Shown piece by piece: positions 1 through 12,000 of a stretch of DNA of 64,000 nt; the stretch's first letter is position 1, and every line of letters begins with the position of its first letter. The notes under the pieces were generated by a model. The model was not told the DNA's origin, did not search any database, and saw nothing but the letters and a program-made list of their open reading frames with translations. Position numbers and translations under genes: made by a program. The stretch spans positions 16,096 to 80,095 of the forward strand of contig CAIPHT010000017.1 of NCBI GenBank assembly GCA_903864935.1, in the 5' to 3' direction. This stretch comes from Candidatus Vogelbacteria bacterium. GTDB taxonomy: Bacteria; Patescibacteriota; Minisyncoccia; Phycocordibacterales; XYD1-FULL-46-19.

Positions 1-2
1 TT

Positions 3-3000
3 AATACGGTTAGTTTGATTTTGAACGGGACAAATACTCTGACATATAATCATTTGCCAACTTTTTATCAAAATGGTTTTAAGAATCTCACTGTCGGTCA
101 AAGTGGGGGAACAACAACATTGGTAACAACAAACTCAGCTTATGGTTTAGCTGTTCGGTCTGTGTTGGCAATTGGTTCGGGCTCTTTGACAGGTTCAGGA
201 GTTGCTAATACGCTAAGTAATGGTGATTTATGGTTGGTAGGTTCTAACCCTCTCAGTTTTGATGCTAATTCGAGAATTTCTGTACCAAATTTGAGATTTT
301 GGAATACCGCAACAATCCCGTCTCTTACTAATGGTTATGATTGTAATATCGTAGTTGATTATAATTCTGGAGTTACTCAAACGGGCAATGTTGTTTTGAA
401 TGGTACGAAATCCTTGTTTGTTAGTGGAGAAAACGCTCCGGCCAGAACTCCTTCTTGGAATACTGCTGGTTATAATCTCTCAGTGGGAGGAAACATACAA
501 ATCGGTGCTAATGGTGGAGGAGATACTGGTCTTAAAACCCTCAACGCCACCGGTGCCGGTGGTCGCAACTCCACAATTACTGTGGGCGGGGACTGGCTCA
601 ATTATGGCACGGGGTCAGCTTCCTCGACCTTCGTTGCTGATAATTCTACGGTCATCTTCAACAAGACGTCCGGCACACAGAATCTAACCAGTGGTGGGAG
701 CTCCTTCTACAACCTCACCCACTCCGGCGCCGGTACCTTGAAGCTCTTGGCCAATGCCTTAACCGTCACTCACGATCTCACCAACTCTGGTGGTACCCTA
801 GACTCCAACGGTCAGACCATTAATGTCGCCGGCACTTGGAGCAACACCGCCAGCTTCTTGCATGGTTCAAGCACCGTCAACTTCACTGGTACCGATCAAG
901 GTATCTTCGGTACCTCCACCTTCTACAATCTCACCAAGACAGTCACTACCGCCGCCACCCTCACCTTCGAAGCGGCCAAGACCCAAGTCATTGCTGGTGT
1001 CCTCACCCTGCAAGGCGCTCTTAATCAACTTCTTTCTCTCGTTTCCTCGGTCGCTGGCACTGCCTTCAGTCTTAATCCTCTCAACATCAGTACCCTCAAC
1101 TTCCTCAGTGTCCAAGACTTCACCAATGCTTCATCAACCCCACTCATCCTCACCAACTCTCGTAACATTAGTGGTACCACCAACCTTGTCTTCGGACCGA
1201 CTACCGTCACGTGGACAGGAACCACCAACACCAATTGGAGTGTCGGTACTAACTGGGATGTGGGCTATGTACCAAACGCCACCGACAATGTCATCATCGC
1301 CAATACTGCCAACCAGCCGGTGCTCTCCACCTCTACCTCAGCCAACACCATCACCGTTAACTCTGGTGCAACACTTGCTGTCGGTACTTACAACTTAGCC
1401 ATCACGGGCACCTCGACTATTAATGGTACCTTAACCATTGGCAATTCAGCTGGCACTGGTTGGACGACGACCAACTTAATTATCGGTGCTAACGGTACCG
1501 CCTCGTCCACTGCCAATGGTACTATCTATTACAATCAGGTGACGGTGACGGGGACCTTGAGTCCGGATGCGACGGGGGTTTATACTGTAGTAGGGATGTA
1601 TAATGGTTATCCGTATTATCGACGAGGAACTGATAATTACTATGTTTATTATAATATGACGGGGTCGGGATTCGATTATTATCGTATCGGAACCGCGTTG
1701 GGCTCTACATATCCAGTTTGGAATTTTGTTGTTACTCAAGGTCTATTTAATCTTCCTAGCTCATCATACTTTAATAGTGGAACGACTGGCACCGCCACCG
1801 TCGCCAACGTCACCGCCTCCGGCGAATACACCAGATTAAACAATTCCAAAATAACTATTTCTGGTAATTATGATCAGTCGGCCACCTCATCTAAATTCCT
1901 CGCCGCCTCGTCGCTAATTACGGTTAATGGCAATGGCACTTTCACTGCGGATGGGACAGTAGCACCAACGCAGTATAATGGCGCTAGTTTAGTATTAAAT
2001 GGGGCGAATACTTTGACTTATAATTCCTTAGGCCCAGTTGTTCAAAATGGTTTTAATAATTTAACGGTTGCTCAAAATGGAAGCACTACTACTTTAGCTG
2101 GCAACTGGGCATATGGGGTTAAGAATCTTTTAACTGTTGGCTCGGGAACTTTGACTGGTAAAGTACTTTATTTGTCGAGCAATAATCCTTTGAGTGTGGA
2201 TGCCTCTGCACATATATTAACAGTCATGGCTTTTTATGGTACTGGTAATTCCATTCCTATTCCCTCGTGTGCCGGGTATGGCCAATTGTCTGTCTATAAT
2301 AGCGGAACAGTTATTCAAATGGGTAATATAATTGCAACTCAATTATTTTTAAATGCGGATGGATCAACTGGTTTATCAGCTACTTGGAAAACGGATGGTT
2401 ATAATCTAACCCTTGGAGGTAGTGTTACTATCGGCGCAAGCTCCGACTCCGGTCGCAAAACACTCGATGCCACCAGTGGTGCCACTAGTACTAGAAACTC
2501 CACCATCACCGTCGGTGGCAATTGGATTAACTATGGCAATGGAACAGCACCTTCACAGTTTATTGCCGCTAGTTCGACGGTTGTGATGACTGGCACTGGC
2601 GCGAGCGGAGCAATAACTTCTGGCTCCTCAACCTCCGCCTTCTACAATCTCACCATCAACGGCACCGGCGGGACTTACACTTTGCAAGATGCCGCCTCGG
2701 TGGCCGGCAATCTTAATGTCACGGCAGGCACTCTTGCCATTGGGGCGAATAATTTAGCGGTCACGGGCTCATCAACTATCACTAGCACCTTAACCCTTGG
2801 CACAGCCTCAAGTACCGGTTGGACAACAGGGGACTTGAATCTTGGTGCGAGCGGTACTATCACTTCCAATGCCACAACTTACTACAACCAAGTGACGGTG
2901 AGTGGGACTTCAAATCCAGATGTATCTGGAACCTACACCTTTTCCGGAACTTACAACGGAAGACCTTATTATAGAAGAGGAAGTGATAACTGGTATGTCT

Positions 3001-6000
3001 GGTATAACAACGATACTTATCTTAGATATTATATAACGTCAGCCGTTGGTAGCCGAACTGGAAATATTTGGTCAAACGGGACTCAAATGTCTAGCCCTAT
3101 TATTCCTGGAACATATGACCCTAACAATGGAGCGACCGGTAATCCAGTTATTGCCAACGTCACAGCCAGCGGGATTTATTATGGCGCGACTTCTGACGTG
3201 ACGATCTCTGGCAATTACACCCAAACCGCTGGCGGATATTTCAACGCTGGACCGTCATTGATTACCCAAAACGGCAACGGCACCTTCACCGCCGATGGCA
3301 ACAATGATGCGACCAAATCCCTGCAATTTAATAATGCTTCGCTTGTACTGAACGGAGCGAATACGTTGACTTATAATAATCTTTCAGCCACCTATGCCAA
3401 TGGATTCAACAACCTTACTTGCGGACAAAATGGTAATACGACGATAACATCAGGCACTTTCAGTATCCAGTCGTTAGTAACAATTGGGTCTGGGACATTG
3501 ACGGGCGGTCAGATTTTCTTGTACGGGGCTACTCCATTAAGTTTTGATGTAGCTTCACATCTATCTTCTAGTTATATATGGTTTACTCGATATTCAACTC
3601 AAACCATACCATTTCTTACGAATGGTTATGATAGTAATATAATTCTTAATGGTACTCCCGTTATCCAAAACAGTGATATAACAATTAACCCTAATAAGAA
3701 TTTGCAGATTCTTGGCGGGGCTAGTAGTGTGAGTACTTACAATACTAATGGCTATAATTTAACGGTTGGTGGGCTTGTTCAAATTGGCGCAGGCTCCGAC
3801 ACTGGACTCAAAAAGCTCGACGCCACTAGTGGTGCTACTAGCACGCGCAACTCGACCATCACCGTCGGAGGCAATTGGACGAATTATGGCAGTGGCTCAG
3901 CTCCGTCACAATTTGTCGCTGCGAGCTCGACCGTTATCTTCAATTCTACGGCCACGGGCAAGACAATTACTTCGGGCACAACGAACTCGCCATTCAACGC
4001 TGTACAATTCAACGGCGTGGGTGGTGCGTGGACTTTGCAGGATAATCTAACGGCCACTAGCACAACACTCACTAATGGTAACTTGATAGACAACGCCAAG
4101 ACTGTGACCGTGAATGGCAATATCTCGGTGGCTAACACGGCTGGCCTTTTGACCTCGACTGGTCCGTGGGTGCAGGGAGCGAGTGGTAATTTGAGTAATC
4201 CCAATACGGGTAATCCGTTTTATGCTTTAACGATTGCGGGCTCTGGAGTTACAACAACACTGACTGGGAATGTTAATGTTGGTAATTCGACTATCGGTGG
4301 CGCGACTACTATTGGTGGTATTACTACCGCCGGCAAACTTACAGGGAATTATAATTTAAATATAGCTGCGGCCGTTAATGATGCCCTAACGGTAAATAAT
4401 TTAACAGCAGATTCTCAAATTAGCAATCTTATTTTAGGTGTTCGAGGAGGTGATCGTACTCAAAAAGCAATTACCGTTTCGAATAATTTAGTTGCGGGTG
4501 ACATTCGGATTGCCACTAATGCAGGCTACAATTTGACGGCTACGGGTAATTGGAATTTAGGTAATAATATGGTCGGGTTTGATTCAGGTGCGACAGGATT
4601 AACACATTACACTGATATGGCCTCTTACACCTTAACCGCTGGGGTATTACAAATTGGAGAAAACCTTTCTCCTGGCTATTTAAAACTTGGCTCAAGCGCT
4701 TCTCATTCTATTTCCAGTATTACCAATGACAGTGGCTATTCCACTTGTAAACTAGAACTTGGTTCTTCTAACTTAGCCATCTCCGGCAACGTCGACCTCA
4801 CCGGTATCACTGTCACCCCTGGCTCTTCCACCTTCACCTTTAATGGCGCGGGCCTTCAGACTCTCACCACTAACAATCAATCCTTCTACAATCTCACCCA
4901 CTCCGGCGCCGGCACCTTGAAGCTCTTGGCCAATGCCTTAACCGTCACCCACGACCTCACCAACTCTGGCGGCACTCTAGACTCTAACGGCCAGACCATC
5001 AACGTCGCCGGCACTTGGAGCAACACCGCCAGCTTCCTCCACGGTTCAAGCACCGTCAACTTCACTGGTACCGACCAAGGTATCTTCGGTACCTCCACCT
5101 TCTACAATCTCACCAAGACCGTGACTTCGGCCGCCACCCTCACCTTCGAAGCCGCCAAGACTCAAATCATTGCTGGTGTCCTCACCCTGCAAGGGGCTCT
5201 TAACCAACTCTTGTCTCTTGTCTCCTCCGTCTCTGGCACCGCCTTCAGTCTTAATCCGCTCAACATCAGTACCCTCAACTTCCTCAGTGTCCAAGACTTC
5301 ACCAATGCTTCATCGACACCACTCATCCTCACCAACTCTCGTAACATTAGTGGTACCACCAACCTCATCTTCGGACCGACCACTGTCACGTGGACGGGAA
5401 CGACCAATACCAATTGGAGTGTCGGTACCAACTGGGATGTGGGCTATGTCCCTAACGCCACCGACAATGTCATCATCGCCAATACTGCCAACCAGCCGGT
5501 GCTCTCCACCTCGACTTCAGCTAACACTATCACTGTCAACTCTGGCGCGACCCTCTCTGTTGGCACTTACAACTTAGCCATCACGGGCACCTCTACTATT
5601 AATGGTACCTTAACCATTGGCAATTCAGCGGGTACTGGGTGGACGACGACCAATCTTGTTATTGGAGCCAATGGTACGGCTTCCTCCACTGCCAATGGTA
5701 CTATCTATTACAATCAGGTGACGGTGAGTGGTAATTCTTCACCTAGTGCAAATGGAACTTATACTGTTGCCGGAATTTATAATGGCACACCATATTATTC
5801 TTTAGGGAATAACTGGTATATTTGGCGCAGAGTGTCTGATAACTGGATGATTGGCCCAAGTCTTGATGTCCCGACTACTGCTGGGTGGTATCTCTCTGGT
5901 AGTTTAGTTGGTAGTTATTTCGTTTATGCAAATCCTGGATTTTCTGGGGCACCGGTTGTCGCTAATGTTACCTCTTCCGGCGAATATACCAGATTAAATA

Positions 6001-9000
6001 ATTCCAAAATCACTATCTCTGGCAACTTCGATCAATCGACAACAACTTCTAAATTCTTAGCCGCTTCGTCAATTATCACCATCAACGGCAATGGTACTTT
6101 CACTGCTGACGGCACAGTGAACAGCGCACAATATAATGGTGCGAGTTTGGTGCTTAATGGGGCGAATACTGTAACTTATAATAATGTATCAAGTAATACG
6201 TCTAATGGCTTTAATAATCTTACTGGGGGGCAGGGTGGCAATACTACAAATTTATATGGTGCCACAGCCTTTAACTTTACTGTAATTAATTCTTTAACTA
6301 TTGGTAATGGCACAATTGGTGGAGCCAATGCCTTGTTGTATTTATTGAGCGCGAATCCACTTAATGTAAGCTCTGGTTCGATAATAAATAATTATGCCTT
6401 GGTATTTTATGGTACAAACCAATATATCCCGGCTATCACCATTGGCTCGAATCTTGCTAGTGTTATTGTTGGCGGAACAAATAATACTGTCACTCAGACC
6501 GGAGACGTTGTTATCAGTAATGGGAATTTACAAATTAATGGTACTGGTTCAAACAATCGAACAGATAAGTGGAATACCAATGGCTATAATTTAAATGTTG
6601 GGAATAATTTAGAAATTGGCTATACCTCCAATAATGGCTTGCAACAACTTGATGCCACAAGTGATGCTACTAGCACTCGCAATTCTACAATTACGGTTAA
6701 GGGAAATTGGCTCAACTATGGTACAGGGGCTGTTAAGTCTAAATTCATTGCCGCCAGTTCAACGGTTGTCTTCATTGCCACCTCTACCACTCGTACAATT
6801 ACCAATGGATCAACCACTTCGCCATTTTATAATCTGACAATCAACGGATCGGGGAGTACCTTCACTCTGGCGGATAATGCTAGTGTGAATGGGGCACTAA
6901 CGGTGACGGCTGGCACTCTCGCCATTGGCACCAACGACTTGGCCGTCACTGGATCTTCAACTATCAACGGTGCTTTGACTCAGGGCACTTCGGCCAATAC
7001 CGGTTGGACAACAGGGGACTTGAATCTTGGTGCCAGCGGAACAATCACCTCCAACGCCACGACTTATTATAATCAAGTGACGGTGAGTGGGACTTTGAGC
7101 CCGGATGCGAGTGGAACTTATTCAATTCAGGCTGGAACTGTTAATGGATTTCCGTATTATAAGAGGTCAGACTCTGCTTACTATGTATGGAATACTTCGG
7201 GTAGGTGGGTTATCTCTTCAGTCGTTGGCAATTGGCTCACCGTGTCGAGTTGGATATATAGCCAACCCCTTTTAGCTCCGAATGGCACATATACTCCGTC
7301 TGGATCTCCAACTCCAACCGGTAACGCCACCGTCGCTAATGTCACGGCTAGCGGAATATATTACGGCGCAACTTCCAAAGTGACACTTAGTGGTAATTAC
7401 ACTCAAACCGCTGGCGGATATTTCAACGCTGGGCCATCTTTAATCACTGTGAATGGTAATGGAAATTTCACAGCGGATGGTAATAATGATGCCACCAAAT
7501 CCCAACAATTTAATAACACGAGTTTGGTTTTGAATGGAATTAACACTCTGACATATAATCATATATATGTTGGTTCATTAAACGGATTCAACAATCTAAC
7601 TGTGGGCCAAAGCACCAATACCACAACATTTGTTTCTGATTCTAATTTTAGCATTCGAGAGACACTTACTGTTGGCACGGGTACATTTTATAGTACGACC
7701 AATGGTAATTTTTATATGTATGGCAACACGCCATTAATTGTTGACGCCGCGTCGCATATTTCTCTCCCCGGGGGCCATTATCTATATTTTTATGGCGCAA
7801 GCTCAACTATCCCTGCCCTTGCAAATAATGGTTATGATTGTAGCCTTGCTGTTAGGGGAACAAATGCGACAATTACACAAACAGGGAATATCGTTATCAA
7901 TGGGTCTAATACATTAACGGTTGGTTTATCGGCGATTAGTTCTGTCGATACTTGGAAAACGGATGGCTACAATCTAACTGCCGGTGGAGGTCTCTACATT
8001 GGTACCGGATCAGACACGGGCCGCAAGACACTAGATGCCACTAGTGGCTCGACTAGTACTCGAAATTCTATCATCACTACTGGAGGCAACTGGCTCAACT
8101 ATGGTAACAGTGCCGACTCTGCTAATTCTTCTCGATTTATCGCCGCTAGCTCCACTGTCATCTTTAATTCCACCGCCACTGGTAAAGCTATTACTTCGGG
8201 GGCGAATGCTTCAAGCTATCCATTTAATGCCGTGCAATTCAACGGCGTCGGCGGAGCTTGGACTTTGCAAGACAACCTGACGGCAACTAGCACAACACTC
8301 ACTAATGGTAACTTAATTGATAACGGCAAGACGGTAACAGTGAATGGCAATATCTCGGTGGCCAACACGGCGAACCTCCTCACCTCGACTGGCTCTTGGA
8401 TACAGGGCGTGAGTGGCAGTATCAGTAACCCTCTTTCTGGTAATGCCTTCTACTCTCTAACTATTGCGGGGAGTGGGGTAACGACGACTCTCTCGGCCGA
8501 TGTTCGTGTTGGTTATAACGGTGGCGGATACGTGACCATAGGGCCGGGGACCTTAAACGGCGCTTATACTCTTAACATCTACCCGAGAGCCAACGACGTC
8601 ATAACGGTTAATAATCTTAATGCTTCTTCGCAAATTGCCGGCATGTTTATCAGAGCTCTAAACTCCGGCTTAACGCAAAAGGCGATGACTCTCCCGAATA
8701 ATTTTGTCACGGGGACTATCCGCTTTAGAAATGACAGCAACAATCTCACGGCCTCTGGTGATTGGAATTTGGGCAATAACTCTGTTACCGTCGATTCTCT
8801 CGTCGGCACACCAATTCTCTATACTGATATGGGCTCTAATAGTCTCACGGCCGGAGCAATTACTTTGGGTGGAAGTGGGGGTTGGAATGGTTATCTAAAA
8901 TTAGGCTCAAGTCTTACTAACTCCATCGCCAGCATCTCGGCTTATGACAGCTCTAGCAATGGCAATAAACTTAATTTGGGCACCGGCTCCACGGCGGTCT

Positions 9001-12000
9001 CGGGCAACATTAACTTCACGGGTGTCACTGTCACTCCAAATTCTTCCACAATCAACTTAACAGGCACCAGCACGCAGACTGTCATCTCAAGTGGGCAGTC
9101 ATTCTATAACCTCACTCACTCTGGCTCGGGCACTATGCTCTTGGCAGATAGCTTGGTGGCCACGGGCGCCTTCAATCACAATGCCGGTGCTTTGAATCCC
9201 GCGGGCTGGAATATTAATACCACCGGCAACTTCATTATCGCTGACGGCGCACAAGTCACCGCTTCGGGTTTGAATTCTTCTGTTTATTATAATCAAGTGC
9301 AAGTGACGGGGACTTTAACGCCAGACGCGACCGGGGTTTATACTTATGCGGGGATGTATAATAACGCTCCTTATTATCGAAGAGGAAGTGATAGTTATTA
9401 TATTTCATTCTCAACTAATGGCAGGTGGTATATCGGTGATACTTTAATCCCACAAGGGACGGGAATTTTTTGGCCAAGCAATACTGGAATTCAGTATTTG
9501 AATTCAACTTACGGAAATCATACGGGGACAACTTCTGGCGCTCCCGTCGTCGCCAATGTCACTGCTGCCGGCTTCATCGGCTCCACCTTCACAATTGGTG
9601 GCGATTTCAATGTCACTGGTCACTCGGGGGCTTTGCTTGCCCTTAACCCAAGCAATACTTGGTATCTTAATGTGGCCGGCGTAGCTACAGCCAATTATGT
9701 TAATGCTGCTTATTCTAACGCCAGCGGTGGGCACTCGGTCACTCAAGTCAATTCGACAGACTCTGGCCACAACAGCAATTGGGTCTTCGATGCGACGGCT
9801 CCTAGCACCACCGCTTCGGCGACGAGTGGTGGGAGTTCTTATAGCTTTGGCACTTGGACGGGGAGTGATGTAACTGTCGCCTTGAGTTGTGCTGATAATG
9901 TTGGTGGCACTGGTTGCGCGGCGGGCTATCCTAAATATTGTGTTGATACTGATAATTCTTGTACGCCAAGCACGGCTTATGTCGCGCCTCTCACTATCTC
10001 TTCGGCTGGCGAGACTTACATTCGTTATTATTCGGTTGATGTGGCTGGCAATATTGAGAGTATTCAGAGTCGGATTATTCAGATTGATAAATCTAATTCT
10101 ATTATTTCTAATCTTGCGCCGGCCACTGGTGCCACTATCACTAAGTCTGGACAGACCGTGACCTTTACCACTGACAAATCAAGTACTTGCCGTTTTGCGA
10201 CTTCGCCTAAGTCATATGACAATATGTCGGGTGATTATTCTTGTAGCGTGGCTAACAGTATTCAGATGAGCTGCGCGCTACCAAACTTTAATAATTATGG
10301 TACTCAAGACTTATACTTTGCTTGCGCCGATGCTCTTGGTAATGAAGATAGCGCCGAGACGGCAACGCACGTTATTTATAATATTCCAACTCCACCTCAC
10401 TCCGGTGGTGGCGGTTATGTCCAAATTATTTTCCCGACTATCCCAACCCTTGCGACACCGCCGGCCGGACCTTTCAAAGTTAAGATTAATGATGGTGCGC
10501 TAGTAACGAGAGAGAAGAAGGTGACCCTTAATCTCACCACGAGCCCCGACACCACGGCGGTCATCATCTCCACCAGTCCGGATTTTTCGAACGCTGTCAC
10601 TTTGCCGATTATCCCTTCATTGTCCGGCCAGACGAGTCTTGAGTATGATCTCTGTCAGGGGAGCCAGTCTTGCCTCAATAAGTCTTATACTATCTATACC
10701 AAATTCCTCTCGGCTTCGGGTGCGGATTCTCCAGCCTTCTCGGCTCAAACTTATCTTAATATCACATCACTAGCCGATCAGGTCGGGGGCTTCACCAATC
10801 AATTGAGCGAAGGCTTCTCGAATCTTGTTGGCTTCTTCGCGCCTAAGCCAGCGAATGTGTTCTCTCTACCACCGATTGGTGTAGCGGTCTCCTCGAGCAC
10901 CCCGCTCGCCTTCCAAGGTAAGTGGAATTTGGTCCCAACTCCAATGTCGAATTTTGTCTTTGCTTCGTTGCCATCCGACTTCCTCGCGGTCGCCAAGAAA
11001 TTCCCCCAAGTCGTTGGAGCGTTGAGCAAGGTAGGTATTACCCGCATGAATGGTGTGGAGCAACTCCAAGTCGCCAAGATCTCTTTGCCAGGGCTGGCCG
11101 AGTCGGCTGGTTTGCCGGTGGCGCAGAATGTGGCTGTAGCCGACTTCTCGCGGGCTGAGCTTAAGAAGGTGCCATCCAATATTATTTTTGCCAGAGCGGG
11201 GGAGAACAATTTGGATCTCAATGTTAAGTTGTCGATCAATAATCAAGGCACAGCGATTCAGACCGTGAACACGATTCAGGGACATCCTTTGACACTGGCG
11301 ATTAAACCCGACCACCCCGCCGAACGAGTGAAGGGTTACTTGATTTTCAAGACGAGCAAGGTCGCCGACCGAGGAAAGGCCTCGAGCTCCCTTGAGGCCT
11401 CTCCTCGAACAGCCCGAGCCTCTTCTCTGTTAGCTTCGATTGCCAACGCGATGCCCGACTTCGCCGTAGGCTTCGTCGAGGCGATGGATATCAAAGCTTC
11501 AAGTGTGCCGGTCTCACCAGAGACGACACCAGACCTTGTCCTCTCCTCCTTCGATTACAAGGACTCGGGTAATGGTATCTGGACAGCTGACGTCGCTTCA
11601 CCACTTGTCCTTGGTCAATACGAGCTTCGCACCGAAGTGGATTATGTTAATAAGAAGGATAAGCCCGAGACTGTCAGTATGGTGGTGGTTGTCGACCCAG
11701 AGGGTTATGTCTATCGCAAGTTGGCCGACGGGAGCGAGGCACGTATCACCGGCGCTAAGGTCTCTATTTTCTGGCTCCCTCCTTCGCCAAAGGCTTCGGC
11801 GAGGCAAGGCAATCCTTCATATGAACTCTGGCCGGCCACGAAGTTCCGCCAAGATAACCCTCAGACCACTGATGTCACCGGTCGCTACGCCTTCTTAGTG
11901 CCACCAGGAGAGTATTATCTCACAGCGACCGTTTCGGGTTATGGTGACTACAAGAGTGAGATATTCAAGGTCGAAGAAAATAAAGGGGTCTTCATGAATA

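Noticed and set aside
400-11898. Many alternative-frame and antisense ORFs inside the giant genes and housekeeping genes
   Set aside because: Shadow ORFs caused by codon bias and repeats; no start signals or recognisable motifs.
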